From: Camelus dromedarius
Taxonomy: Eukaryota
Assembly (NCBI RefSeq): GCF_036321535.1
Contig: NC_087437.1
Location: 41,046,001-41,110,000 of the forward strand
DNA length: 64,000 nucleotides
Reading direction: 5' to 3'
Part shown: positions 41,083-55,332 of the stretch, piece after piece
How positions within the stretch are numbered: the first letter of the stretch is position 1
How the letters are laid out: the number at the start of each line of letters is the position of its first letter
The notes under the pieces: generated by a model
The model's input: only the letters and a program-made list of their open reading frames with translations
Told to the model about the DNA's origin: nothing
Database searches by the model: none
Program-made: the position numbers and the translations under genes

Positions 41083-42790
41083 TTCATTCATTCATTCATC
41101 CAATAAATACTATTTGCTTCTCGTAGATGTTGATAAGTGCTACGAAAGGCGGTAAAGCAGAGAATAAGTGATGGATTGGAAATTATTTTACATAAGCATT
41201 TGATAGTAAAGGAATATTTGTGCAGAGACCCAGAGGAAGGGGGGTTTGTGAGGGGAGAGCTTTCCATACAGAGGAAATGGCCAGGGCAAAGGCCCTGAGA
41301 CAGGAGCATGCTCTGAGGGCATTCTGGGTAAAGCAAGGCGGGCAGTATGGCTGGAGCGAGGTGAACTGGGGAAATAATAGATGAGGTCCGGGAAGTGGTA
41401 GTGGTGGTTGTGGATGGGACAAAGGGTAAGTCAGATTTATTAGGACCTTGTGGGCCGTTGTAAGGACACTGACATTCCGAGGGAGGGGGAAGACATCGAG
41501 CACTCGAGCAGAAGAGAGGCACAGCCTGGTATATTGATGCGTGTTTTGAAAGGGCCATCTTAGGGAAGATATGACATGGTCTCACTCGGCTTGGACTGTT
41601 GATATGCTGTAAAGCTATGGGAAGTAAGTTTTATCCTTTTAATTTTTTTTTTATTTTTAGGATGGCATGTGGTATGTGAGAGAGAAAAATTGAGAAAACT
41701 ACAAGATTTTGGTTTGGAGGAACTAAGTTGCCACTTACTGACATAGGACACAGACTGTAAGGGGCGTAGATTGGGACGTGGGGTGCAAATTTAGTTTTGA
41801 GCATGTCGAGTTTGTGATGCCAATTACACATTCAATGAAACTGTTAAGTAAGTAGTTAGACATATGTCTGGCTTTCAGAAAAGAGGTTAGGGCTGGAGAT
41901 AAAAATGCCAGCATATAAATGGTTTTTCAAGCCCCAAGACTGGAAGAGGTCACTTAGAGAGAGATGTCCAGTGCTGGGCACTCCAGGAACTCAGCAATAG
42001 GCACTGAGAAGGAATAGCCAGAGAGGTGAGAAAAGAACACGAGAGGGATGTCCCAGAGCCAAGAAAGCACCTTGAGAAGGAAGGAGCTATTACCTGTGTC
42101 AAAGACTGCAGGTGTATCAAGCAGTGTGCAGTCAGAGGCCTGAGCGTTGCGTTAGACAGCACGGACATAACTGGTGTCCTCAGCAAGAGCTGCTTGTGGT
42201 AGGAATGAAAGCCTGATTTGAGTTGGTTCAAGAGACCAAGGGAGGAGAGGATTTGGAGATGGAAAGCATACCCAGTTCCCTTGGAAGAGTTTTTTTTTTC
42301 TTTGTTTGAAGGGGAGCAGATAAATAAGATGGGAGGGTATTGGGGCTGAGGGTGTTTATAACACAAGAGATAGCAGCATGAATGTAGTGAAATCCTGCCA
42401 TAGAGTGGGCAAAGCTGGTGATACAGAAGAGAGAGGAAGATTGTTGGGGTGATGACCATTACTTGGTGACTTGGATGGGATCCACCAAATGGGAAGAACT
42501 GACTGCTACCAGTTAAGGAGGTGGGGCAGTAATTGGGAATGGTAAGTTTCACTGGTCAAGATCAGGAAACTGAGAAGCCAGGGTATTTGTAGGATTGTCT
42601 AAATGGATACTGAAATCACCAAGAATTAATAAAGGGTGGTGTTGTAGACGGTGACAGTGATCTGAAGAAGCAAGATACTGAAGCAATGAGAAGGTAAGTT
42701 GAGACTTTACAGGCTGATGACAACAGCTTTGAAGCATTGACTTTTAGGAGGAAGAAGGGATAATAGTCTAGATGTAGCAATGAAGAACAA
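41083..42790 (-). mobile_element. LINE-2 element
   Basis: Starts with (ttca)n/caataaata, the antisense L2 3' terminus, followed by purine-rich L2 body motifs (ggcaaaggccctgag, gagtttgtgatgcc, gggctggagata). Confidence 0.8.
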
Positions 42791-42799
42791 GCAGGCATC

Positions 42800-45700
42800 C
42801 TACTACTATCAATATTTTATTATTCACATTTTGATAAACATAAAATAGTATATTTCAGGGCATGGCAGTCACAGTATGGGAAAACCTCAGCTCAGAACCT
42901 ACCAAATCATTTCTAACTACTGCTTGGAACCACCTTAGACAACAATAACTGAAGGCCTTTTCTATGCAGGGTAAAAACTACTTGAAAGTAACCAAAAGGT
43001 TCAGACGAGAAAACATACCAAGATTTTCTTCCTTTATATCCTGACACAGGTGAGACAGTTAGTTTCAGCACATTTTTGACAATTTAAAACACTTTAGAAA
43101 ACTGGAGATTTTAAACAGTGTAAACACTTGTAGGCATAGCAAAATGATAGTTTTCCCTTCCAATATTATAAATTTGGCATTTTTACAGTTATGTTAACAT
43201 TGTAAATAAGACAGCTAAAATGCACAAAAATAGTTTCACATCCAATTTAAAAATTCATCCAAGCTGTCATTTTTTTTTTTCCTTGCTGCAGATTTATTTC
43301 TTGCTGTCACCTAACATTTGAAATTCTGATTCAGGATGACGTCTGAGGTTTTAAAATAAACCATAATATGGAATTACTATTCCTTAACACTAACACTAGG
43401 GGAAGAGATAGGGAGTAGGGGCAACTGGGGTGTGGATATTTGCTATGGACAAACAGTAATCCACTGGTGGAAATGAAAACTCACCTTTCCTCCAGTATTT
43501 GCCCAGCCTCAACTGTGCAGTGCAGTTTAGTGTGATCAAAAACAAAGCATCAAAACCAAACCCCATCATGCAAGCAGTTGAGTTAGTTTAAAGGTATCTA
43601 CACAAAGCCAAAAAAACTGGAAACTTTAGAACATTTCTATTTTAAACTGTATTTTCTAGTCTTCATCCAAATGTTTGGCATCATGGACACAAAGTCCAAG
43701 CTTTTGATCTGAATTTAAAAATATCTCAAAACATATCCAGGGATTTTTGTTTTAAAAATGCTTTTATGAGAATTTTTATTTTGGTGCATTCTGGCACTTT
43801 CCAGAGTGACAGTGCTAGAAGAATAAAGTTCAAAGCAGAGAGTTATGGTCTCATAGTGTTTAATGTAATGCAAATTTTTGAATATTCTAATTGTTAATGG
43901 GAAAAAATCCCAGAATAATGATACTGTATAGAAACCAAACAGCACTAGAAAATGTTTGGTAGAAATGTACAAATGGTCAGCTTTGAACTTGCAGATTCTC
44001 AAGTTTTTCTTTTTTGCAGAGGCTTCTGAAAGAAGACGACCTTTTTGAGACCCATAAAAGGACAGCAGCACATTTTAAAGTCTTTGATATAGTTACACCG
44101 ATCAAGGCCAAAATGTAATGTTATTTATAAAAAATGGCAGGTAAATGGAATAAAATTCAGAGTTTTGGATTTTGTGTGGTAACTATGTAGTATTGGGGAG
44201 GCCAGTTTTTGGTTTGTTTGTTTGTTATTCTTTGTTTCATTTGGTTAGCTTGAAAGTTTCGAGGACTGAACTGAAAGGTAGCTAACAATTCACAGAAACT
44301 GAGACAGTCAGAACACAGACTCAGAAGATCCGGGACTATCAGGAGCATGGCAGGGTCACTCACATGTCGTAGATATTCTCCTATTTCCCTCCAGAAGGTT
44401 AAAAAAGTTTGATCAGTAACTGCATTTTCTTTCTTAAAAATAACGTAGCACATCTTATATCTTAAAGCAATCAGCACAAATACAAGTGATGGCTGTTCAA
44501 GCAGACTTTCAAAGCAGCACACACTGTTAACACAAAGAGCTCTTCAACATTTCAAGAATACAGTGACGGGAACTGGGACACATACTAGTGGCGAAAATTT
44601 TTTATTTTTAACTTCATGGAATGTGAGGTCAGACTTTAGCCTCTTCCTTGTCTGGCAATGGACAAAACCAAAATGGCCCCCGTCTGAATATCACATCTCT
44701 TTCTAATCTACTGCACAGGAGGGACCAGAGACACCAATGACCAATAAGTCACAAGAGCAGACAGAAAACTGTTAGTAGGTCTTGACAACCAGGAATTAAG
44801 ATGCTTTTGAAAAAACGTGTGCTTGAGGCCATGTCTGTAAGAAGCCCATCTAAGAAAGCAGTGTCAAAGTGTTAGAAAAATGGAGTTCCTGTTTGAGTGG
44901 CCTTCTGGGATGTCATCTGTGCCTTAATCTGAACTGTTGAAATAGCTCTAGATCATCTTGAAGCACTGTTTATAAGTCTTCAAGAAAAATGAGACCATGT
45001 AAATAAGGTCATTAGACTTTATGTGGAACTTACTGCAAGCTGTCCTCACTCATGTTGTGTGCAAGGACGATGGTCTGAATGTGACTGGCATGGGGAGGAC
45101 TCAGTGTTTGAAGGGATCTTATAGATCATCTATTCCCACTGCCCACTGCATGGAGGAGTCCCTGCTACAGTGTCGCGGACCAGCACCCCGCAGCGACGGT
45201 CACCTGGCAGACCTTGGTCCACGACTGCGGTGTGGGCAGTTGCAGTGGATTTTACTGAATGATAATCAATTTAGAGTAGAAAGGACTGAAAAGATCTAGT
45301 GAAACTTACTTTGGGAGAGGGCTCAATTTCTCTTTGTATAAAAATCTTAATAAATTTCTTTTGTAACTAGTTCAGTTTCAGTTTTTAGCTTTAGTTCTTC
45401 CTGTCAGGAATTCTGTCTCCAGAACTGGCTTGTTTTATTTTTAAGGTGATATTTCAGATGGATGAAAAGTACAACCACTACTCCCCAACCTCTGCCTCCC
45501 CCCAGCAAAAAAAGAATTAAAGTAAACCAGGAAGTTGGGGATTTTTATGAGCCACAAGAACAGCTATTCTGAAACATTCTGTATGACCTAAGCCTCAGTA
45601 TTTCAGGGCTAGGACCTGTCCTGATGGAGGAAATGTATTTTTTAAGTTAAAAGCATCAAGGAATTCTTTAGGTAGCTTTTAAGAAGCACAGATTTATGTG

Positions 45701-48321
45701 GGGCCCTTTTAAATTTGGCTTTACCATGAACTCTGTGTAATATTTGTACAAAAATATAAAAGGCATGGCTTGATGTTTACCGTCTGTGTTTTATTGTTGT
45801 TGGCACCAGAAAAGCTCATGTTCTATGTTATGTCACTGTACATACTGTAAACAAGACTGCATTAATATTGTTTTCTTATGATTTTTTGTTTCAATGAATC
45901 TAGGTTTTAAAAAATACATTCACAAACTACCTTATGTTTAAACACAATGATTCCCTTTTATTTCTTAACTGTACCCAAAATCCCACAATAAAAAAATCAT
46001 TTAAAGCTGTGTGTTTCGAACTTATCACTTAGAAATAAAAACAAAACAAAACATAAAAACAAAGATCAGTTTGCAACATAATTTAAAGAAGCTTCTGGTT
46101 TAAAATACCACAGCAGCAATATAAAGAGCTGGTGGCAATCACATTCGGGGATGAGACCCAAATCAGTGTACTTGTCCACGTCAGCATCCAATGACAGTAG
46201 TTGCTAAATTCAATCCAAAACGTTATTGCTGAATTTGTTGCATGGAATTTGTGAAAATTGTATTGTTCAGCAGCAGAACCTTAGCAGTAAAAATGAGAAC
46301 GGGAGGATTTCATTGCTTTTGAGCGCTAAAGGGACCACAAATGAGGACATCTTGGTGATCGCCTGAAGATAACCCTCAATTCCATTCCTTTGTTACTTGC
46401 TTAAAATAAATGCAAATGACAACCATCTTCAAAGGAGGGGCAGAAACTGAACCATTTCCCCTTCCCCGTGCCCCCTTGCCCAAATCACCAGATTGAAATG
46501 GGTCCATTTTCCTAATGTGTATTTCGTTCTCATTAATAGTACATCAGCTGCTCAGGTGTTTAGGCAAAATCAGTAGAACCACAGATTTAAAAAAAATCTG
46601 TTTACAGTAATTGTTTTCTCCAGAAACAAGCCACATTAGTTTTTGTTGTTGTTGGATTATTTTCCAATTTTTCAAGAAGAACAATTTGGTCAACTACTGT
46701 TTTATTTGAAAAATATTAAATACATGTGAGATTGCCAGTTGAGCTCTCTATATGTCTCCTGGAGATAACACTGCTGTGATGAACAGTGAAACAAAACAAA
46801 CGAAACGAGGTAGGTTAAAACAGGAAGCGCAACACAGATACCATTTCTGCAACACCTCGATACCACAGGCAGCCATGCTTGTAGCTTTGGAAAAAAAATC
46901 CCAGACCGTCACGTAAAAGTTCAAATCATCCGTGTAAGAGTTTATAAGGACACAAGTCAACCTGAACTAAATACATACATATCTGCACAAATGTTGTTTA
47001 CCGTATGCTGGGTAATTTGGAGGAAGGTAAAATGATTAGGGTCGCAGAATTCTGGCCAAAACCGTGCTTTCAAGTTCTATAAAATTGGAACCAAGGATGC
47101 CTGCTGGGTCTCAGGCAGGCTTAGTAGTAATCTAGTCCCTTCTCTCACCAACCCAGAGAGAACACAGGCAGCTCAGAAACATTTATTGTTATTATGTTTT
47201 CAGTCACAGTTTTCATCTTGAGAAAGCGGCACCCTCAGGAGAAAGCTGGGAATGACCAAAGCCTGGATGGTACTTATTCCCCAGTTCCCAGAAAGAACTC
47301 AACAAAGTCTTATCCTAATAAGCCTGAACCGAGTGACCTCTTAGCTGGGAAGCTTTGTGCATTTAAAAAAAAAAAAGGTGTATATTTATATACATTTTTA
47401 GCTTGTTTTCAGAAGCTCTTTCCGTCTCATCCCATCTGTCATCCCGTCTTTTGCCCTGATCTGTCACAATTGCCGAGGAAAAGGTGTACTGTAGATGTCC
47501 CTCATCCGCTGGAGCCAGCTCAGCTCCACGGCACTACTGCCCCACTCAGCACACTCCGCTCTGCACAGGGCCAGATGAAAAGCAGCGCCTGTCAGACTCA
47601 CAAAAACGGTAGTTGATTTTATTAGTCTAAGGCTAGTAGTTTAGCCATTTAAAATCGATTTCCCAAAAGAGGGGAAAACTAGTATTTTTCTTCTCTTTTA
47701 AAAATTCATTCGCAGTTGCTCACAAAAAGCAACCTTTTGGGTTGGTGAAGGCAAAAGAGTTCTAAAATTACCCCACTATGTAGTTATGGCCTTCAGTGTC
47801 ACGAGATAAGGTACATTTATTGTGGTGTCTCTCACCATTCGAAATGGGAAAGTCTACAATGTATCGGATACTTAAAGCTAGTAGGCAGTCAGTTAAAAAC
47901 AGATCTTTTTCTCAGGATGCATTCTCTCCCCATTCTTACAAAGCAAGGGGGTAAAGAAAAAAGGTAAAAAAAAACAAAACAAAATTCAAAAATCCACCAT
48001 AACACAGCTTAATCATAAGAGCACACAATATTTGTTTCTATCCCTAACTCCGAAGGGCACATGGTCCATCTTTGTCCACAGACAACGCGGCATTCTTGGG
48101 GATCTCCTGGAAATTCCTGCCACCTTTTTCTCTCCTTCTCAACCAGGCTGCAACATAGAAAGATGGACTGTTTTGGGACGGGTGGAGGGAGAGGAAAAGG
48201 GGAAAGCGGTATGTTCAACCAAGCCTTCTGATTCTGCCTCTAGACTGGCATAAGTCCACATGAGTTATGTTCTTTTAAATTAGAAATAACGCCATGAAGA
48301 TAAGTGCCAAGTGCTCTTCTG
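42800..48321 (-). other. TNIK: Probable long TNIK 3' UTR
   Basis: AT-rich stretch after the stop with few recognisable repeats; minus-strand AATAAA at 45957-45962, 45790-45795 and 42816-42821. Confidence 0.6.
42816..42821 (-). terminator. Candidate distal polyadenylation signal of TNIK
   Basis: AATAAA on the minus strand followed ~20-30 nt downstream by GU/U-rich TGCTTGTTCTTC; lies where unique sequence meets an L2 element. Confidence 0.5.
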
Positions 48322-48405
48322 TTACCAGTTCATCATGGAATTTCTGTTGAGGGTCATGAAAAACACTTGGCTACTTCCTCCAGATCGCACGGATGCAAAA
48401 AATAC
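48322..48405 (-). CDS. TNIK: TNIK terminal coding exon
   Basis: aaacag|[30 protein letters not shown] (TAA). The C-terminus matches TNIK rather than the paralogues MAP4K4/MINK1, and adjacency to SLC2A2 fits known synteny. Confidence 0.96.
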   Translation of the reverse strand, partial: VFFASVRSGGSSQVFFMTLNRNSMMNW

Positions 48406-50582
48406 CTGTTTGAAATTAAAAAGAAATTAGTTCAACTGCATGGTTTCTTTCCCTCTTTTCTTCAACCGTCCATCCATTTCCTCTCACATGTCCTAGCCTT
48501 GCCATGTGTCAGCTCTTAAGACTTAATGGCTGGTGTTATAAAGTGCCTTTTAATACAGTGCATCCTCTGTAAACATTCCTGTTTATTGTTATAATGGTTA
48601 CTACTACTTATTGTGATGTTGGCCTTCAGGGACACAGAAGGGAGTATATCTTGCTTTGCTACAACCCTTTGGGTGCTCACATTTTACAAGGGAGTTCCAT
48701 GCTGGATTGCTGGTCTAGACACAACAGATCCTTTGTTGATTTCTGGAAAGCCACAGAGGTCCCTTTCCTTTCCCTTAATGACAAGAGGGCAGACTTTGGG
48801 AATGAAGAGAATCCTTTCAAATTCCCAAAGTCAAGGGGGAATTTGGGGCCTACTGACTACTATACAACTTCATTCCTTAATTAAAAAAAAAAATTAGTAA
48901 GTGCTTCTGGTCCCATAGGGTAAGGTGTTTAATACCTATTCACTTTGGCATTTCAAGAGTTAACGCTTGGTTTCTCTGCCGCTGAAGGCAAATCCTAGGC
49001 CAAAGGAGGTCATGGCATTAATAAGGAGAACCACAGTCCATTAGGTCTGGGTGTGCTAAATCACTTCATCAAACAACTGAGAGAGGGAGCAAAATTTGGG
49101 GTACTGCTTGCTTGAGCTGCACTCAATGAACCACTGCCCTAGGGAAATAGGACTCCAGGTGGCGGCCTAGTCCTTCAGTCAGCCAACACCAAACTTTGCT
49201 CCAAGGCATTTACTTTTGTCACTAGTGAAAAGTCTCTGCTACTTCATTTCCACAACTTCTTCAGAAGAATGCTGTCTCTCCCAACAACTTCTTAGGAAGT
49301 TCCATGGAAATGCTTGTCATTCTGCTAATGCTACATTTGTAAGTAAAGCTACTGCTAGGGTCAATGAATCAAAATGGGGACGCACAGAAGACCCATGGAA
49401 ACACAGTGAGGGAAAGAGAGGGCCACTGTTCTCTCCAGGTTCTGAGTCCTGGGTCAGGATACTAGCCCCCAGACACTGGTGTGGTCCCAGCCTGCTCCTG
49501 CGGGTGTGGGCATGGCTTGGAATGGACTTTCTGAGGTGGGTCTTCAATGAACTGGAGTCTGGGAGTCCATGCCCAGATCACGCCTAGCCTTATGATCCAT
49601 GGAGAGTTTTACTAAGGGTCAGGTCTGTGTTCTGGCATACTCCGATAAGGCTCTGGAACCATCCTTGCCACCCCCAGCTGTTATCCACCCAGAACACACC
49701 AGACCACACCAGGCCACACCAGGTCACAGGAGGAGCTGGCTACTCTAGGGTCAGACTGAGATCAGCCTGGCTTCTGGGGAATGGGAGTAGGCCAAGAGAT
49801 GTCTATCTGTCCACCCCATCACAGTCTTTTCTATAGATGCTTCTATCTGCTGTTTTGGGGACAGCATTTCTAAGTTGGCCACAGTCACAAAGGATGATTC
49901 ACAAATGTAGTATAGCTGAGCTACTAAGAACTCTGGGTTCATCTACAGGGAGGGCAAGGGAGAAGCAGCACTGCCGTGGAATACCCTTCTGGGCGACTGA
50001 TCATGCCAGATGGACACCGCCAATGTCACTGGAAAACAGTCCCCCTGTGACACCTCAGAAGAAACATGGCTGGAATGACACAGGACATGGCACTAGTTGA
50101 GTTTGTGATTGCGCATTCCTTAAGGAATGGGTGACATCTTAAAAAAGTTTGTATTTCTACATGTCGAATGTTTTACACTTAAAGTTGAATATAATGTGAT
50201 GGGCTAGGTCCCAATAGTGATTTGGTGACAAGTCTAAAAGCAGCGTATAAAGTTGACCCACTGTGAGATGATTAATGGCGAGCCAACCCCTCTAAGTGCT
50301 TCGGTGAATTTGGGGTATCTGCTGAGTCATCTTAAGGCCTAGCGGCCACAAAAGTTACTAAGAGCTTACAGGAAATTTTTAGATTTTTTTTGTCTTTTTT
50401 GATACGTGAATAATATATTTTGAGGGTTCACATGAATCAAACCAAATAATGCCATTTCAAGAAAATATTGATTGTTTAACACAGATGTGATTCAAATCAG
50501 TATAAAGGAAAATGAAGGTTTCACAGGTACCTGGTGGTCTCTTAAAATGCAAACACTAATGCAAATGTTGAAACGGATTTAC

Positions 50583-50722
50583 CTTATCATTTCTTTCACA
50601 TAGAAACTTTAACCTTTGAGCTCGCTTATGCATAAATACTCCATCCAAATGTCCTGTTTCCACTGACCGGATCTCAATAGCTTTCTCGCCCCAGCCCATT
50701 ATCTGATTGGAATGAATGTAGG
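50583..50722 (-). CDS. TNIK: TNIK CNH-domain exon
   Basis: tgacag|CC...AAG|gtaaat; 140 nt; [46 protein letters not shown]. Confidence 0.96.
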
Positions 50723-50975
50723 CTGTCAAAAGGAATTTCCAAAACTGCATTAAAAACATTAGATGGGCAATAACTCACAGCATCTGTTCACATCTTAACC
50801 ACAAAAATGACAAACGACTTGAGATAAACAGACAAAGCAAGTCTTACAAGTGTTATTCACAGACTTTTTTTTTTTTTTTTTTTTTTGTGGAATCAAATGG
50901 TTGTTTCACATTTCTTGACTTTCGTTTCATTTGGGGGGTGTAACTGCTGAAGGAGATAAGGAATGGTTAACCTAC

Positions 50976-51135
50976 CCACAGACGTGGGCATTTCTCCCCA
51001 TTGGAGCACCACATCCTTAGTTATCCGGCCGTAGGTGTTTACATACACCCCCTCATCCTCATAGCAAACGAGCATTTCCATTCCATCTGTTTTAGGCAAG
51101 ATGACAATGGCATGAGGAGTGATATTGCCCTGAAT
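50976..51135 (-). CDS. TNIK: TNIK CNH-domain exon
   Basis: ttctag|ATT...G|gtaggt; 160 nt; [53 protein letters not shown]. Confidence 0.96.
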
Positions 51136-52888
51136 CTAGAAGACAAAAAGAGGCCAGGCATTATTCTTTTAAAAAAAATAAGACAGTATCTTGACTATTA
51201 ATCTCTAAGAATTGCAAAAAAGAGTTTTCCTTGTCCTTTTTCCATCTGCAAGCTAGGGACTGACATTTTGCTTTGCTTAATTTAACCACTGACCTGTCAA
51301 ATACCCTGGTAAATCCAAGCTTTGGCACTAGGTGGAGAACCCAAGTTACCTGTTCCTAAAAGCAACAAGCACCACTGCGGGCCCCTGCTCTGTGCCGAGC
51401 ACCAGCCCTTTACACAGAGAACTTCAAGGCCTTCAAACAGCCCCCCAGGCCAGATATTTTTGCCTACAGATGAGGCAACTGCACCTCAGAGGCGTTACGT
51501 AACTTGAGCAAAGCTGCACTAGTATTTGGTCGTAGAACTAGGATTTGAGCACATTCTCATGGACACTGAAAATCTCACGTTTTCTATCTACTCCAAAAAA
51601 GATGAGGAGAATCCAAGCCAGCTGAGTGTGCTGGAGACGGCCTAGATGGGGCCCAAATGTGGGACCCAAACAGGCTATGAACATTTGACACAGGTTGTTT
51701 ATCTGGGTACCTACATAACAAGATAAACCAAATTAATGGCTTATTTAGAAAAAAAAATTTAAAATGACCACTCATTAAAAAGAAAATGACACTATTGAAA
51801 TAAGTGTGGATTGACTTGTTCTAGGAAAAGAGACGTGTTGCTGTGATCCCCTGGTTAAGAACCTCATGGCAGACCAACGGGTGCTTGGTGGACAGAAGTG
51901 GGCGATGGAGGCTGATCATGGCGATGGCCCAGGGCCCCTGCCAGAAGCACAGGCGCTGAGGCCCGTGTGCATGTACACACATGCATGAAAAGCTAGTGAA
52001 TGACAGGTGTGTCACACACTGAAACAACTTTTTTCAACTGCTGTGTTTCTTTGGAGTAAAGTCTTTAAACTCTCAAAAGACCAACAGCAACAGGTTTAGG
52101 CCTCATACTTCATTGACAGAAGGTTTCTACTGTAGGTTAGTCCTGGGATTACATACAGGAAACACACTTCACACGGCATCATCCTACTACGTCAAACCAC
52201 GTGCAGCATTCTCCTTTAAAAGTCACGTTTTAGGCAGTGTCAGTATAGTAATATTAATACTACAATTCGCAGGGCCCTGTGCCACGTACTTTAGATGCAT
52301 TACCTCATTTAATGCTTCTGGTAACTCTATGGGATAGGTCCTTTCATCCCCAATATACAGATGTCAAAGCTGAGAGTTACAGAGGCTGCCTAATGTGTCC
52401 ATTACTGCAAAACGAATACACGCTAGAGCCAAAGCATGTGCTCAGGGTGTCTGATTCCACCACAGGACACTTTCCTCAAGTTAAAGAGCGGAACAACAAT
52501 AGCAGAAAAAGGACCACTGGCCTTCTCCCACATAAAATGGGAAACTTCAAAAACTGAAAATAGGTGCTCACCTATTATACTCTGGCTTATGCCCTTTAAG
52601 GAAAAACATCAAACGTATTTTAATATAAAATCCAATGAGACAGCATGTCCAGTAAATGTCAAATAATTGCCATTATGTGTTACCCAGTTTTAAGCAGTCA
52701 TAAAAATTAGTCAGAGTCACATGTCTTATTTCTTAAAAGCATCACCTATTTAGTGAAGGCCAAAAGTCCATCTGCTTTACTGGTTGGTAAAAGTTAGCAT
52801 GACTTCCACTAAAAATGTGCAAAAACAAATGTCTTTGCACATGCAGGTTGTTGCAGAGAGCCTTGGCAGTCTGCTTCCAGGAACTTAC

Positions 52889-53038
52889 GTGAGATGGTAT
52901 GTAGATATCATAAGAGTTTCCTGAATCAACATCAATAACATGGAAACCAGTGTGTGAACCAAAAATAACCTTTAATCTCTGACCTTCTTCTACTGTGAGA
53001 TCAACAAGCAGTGGCTTATGCTGGAGATCTGCAAAAGA
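52889..53038 (-). CDS. TNIK: TNIK CNH-domain exon
   Basis: tttaaag|TCT...CAC|gtaagt; 150 nt; [50 protein letters not shown]. Confidence 0.96.
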
Positions 53039-55231
53039 CTTTAAAAACCATCCCATGAGTGTCCATGTCATTCAAAGAAGTTATCTTAACACATTTTTCC
53101 TTTAGCTATTTCCTGTGGAAGTTAATGTCTGATTTTCTTAAATTGAAAACTAGGAAATCTTTCTTTCCCTTTTAGGGCTATTCATATTCTGGCTCTCGGA
53201 GGAAGAGTCTAGAATCCATTCGTGCCCCTTTCTCTACCCTTTGTCCTCCAGGGCAGAGAAGTTGGTTTACAGACTTGCTGCCTGGATGCCGCTGTAATTT
53301 CCTGTCTATTTCAGGCCGTTTCCTCAAGAAGTCACCTCTCTGGCCCCTGTCCTCCCCAAGTGACAGCCAGGCCCATGCATGGCTCCTACCTTTCCAGAAA
53401 CAGCCTGGGTGGGCAGCCGGGCCAGCCCTGTGCTAAGCCAGTTCAGGATTAACAGTCATGCTCTGGTTCCGACTGTCCTTCAGGGAGTGGGTGTGCACCA
53501 GACTGGCACTTTCTCTAAACTTAATGTTGAGATCTGAGACTTGGATTTGGGCGACAGAGAAGGGTTGGAGTGGTACTCCTCAAGACGCATGGTTTATGCT
53601 GCCTGGCTGGGTTTAACTAGAAAGGTCAAAAGAGCTGCAGCTATGTTTATCCAGGTTCTGTGTGTTAGAATCTGGACCCTAAGCCCCAACTAGCTATCAA
53701 GCGTTCCTCTGTTTCCCTCTGCCATTATCTAATCTACATTCTATCTGCACTGGGCCTTGTAGTCTGGGGGAGAATCGTGAAACCACAGTGCGTTGGCTGT
53801 AATGCCACGACCCCTAACAGACCCTTCCCTCCTCATCTTTTGCTAACGTAATTCTCACATGTGGGAGGGTCTTGTCACACAGGAGGGCTTGATCCCTGCC
53901 GGCTCCAGCGTTTCCTGTTCAAGTCCTTGTCTTTGCTCTTTGCTCTTTCCAGGCCAAGCCTGGTTTGCTGAACACGGCATTTTGCACTCGATCGTGCACT
54001 TTGGCAAGTCAACTGACAGCAGGAAACTTTGGGACCGGAGTGGAAATGGGATCCTGATTGAAGAGCTTTTGCGAAGAGAGATTCTGGCAGGACAGCAGCA
54101 CCACTTTAGCTGTCAGGAGTCACCCTTTAAGTGTTATTACTAACCCAGTGCACTCCAAAATTTCTCTCCATAAAGTGGGGCTAGGGAGGGGAGGCCTGTT
54201 TCCACTGATGAATCTACCTTCCTGAGCCCATCACAGATGCGCTCCTTGCATGAAGGGAGTAAGACAGAAGTGGGGGTGACAGCCCTGAAGAGGGGCTCAT
54301 GATGTTCCCAAGGCAGCGTCTGCACTCACGTGGCATATGTGCCAAGAAAGAATACATAAAGGGTCAGAGAAAGATGACAGTCATAAGATGGAGAGAAAAA
54401 GTGAGGGCCAAGAAGCTATAAAGAGAGAGAGACGTAGGCAGAGGGGAAGAATGAACAGAAGATAAATTGACACTGGCTCTGGATTGACCGTGCAGCTCTG
54501 AAAACATCAGAGTGCCTGTCAGTCCTGGTCCTGCTGGCGTCTGGGAGTCAGCTTTCGAGAGCTGGAGTCAACAGGGCCAGCATATCCCCATCCTACTTCT
54601 GCTGAATCTCATGAGTGATCAAGCCAGCCACGGTGGGTGCAGACTTAGACAAGATGAAAAAGGAAAAAGCGATCAAAATGAAAGGATGCAGAGAACCTAG
54701 GCCATTTCCACATGTGCTGACTTTCAGTCTGCATTTCAGAGAAGTCCAATAGCAATTTGAATATATGAGCATCAAGTAAGTGTTAGGGACTTTACCTCAA
54801 AAGGCTTAAGAGGATTACAAAATTAAGAGACTCAGTTCAACCTCGAGATTCAGTGCTGCTGTTTGTTCTGCCTTTTTCAGAAGAAATATCAGAGAGTGCC
54901 TTAGTGAGGTGGCTAATATCATAATTAATGCTTTGCCCAGTAACCATTTCAACACTAAATGCCACTTAGAGATGGTGATGCACAGACCTGAAACGGAGGA
55001 GATGGTACCCAAATTTTAATTTGGCCAATTTAATAGCATTTACTCACACTTAGTCTTTACTTCTAGAATAACAGATAAGAGTTCCTACACTTTTAAGAGG
55101 TTTATTGTATATAGGAAAATTGGCACGAGGAAAATTGGTACGAGTCTATGTGCAAGACCGGCCACTACTAACTGGTGGGGACCTAAACTGAAGAAAACAA
55201 GCCCTTGTTAGGTGATCACATGCCTGCTTAC

Positions 55232-55332
55232 CTTAAATGCCATGAACTTATGGTATGGTTTCGGAGCCCAGGCATATATCTCCACAGCATTCTTTAAGGC
55301 AATCACCAAGAATTTGATCCTTTCATATTTAA
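55232..55332 (-). CDS. TNIK: TNIK CNH-domain exon
   Basis: ttacag|TT...AAG|gtaagc; 101 nt; [33 protein letters not shown]. Confidence 0.96.

Noticed and set aside
41088..42552. Longest ORFs in the track (165 aa, 200 aa)
   Set aside because: They lie within a degenerate L2 element, with no recognisable domain or splice context.
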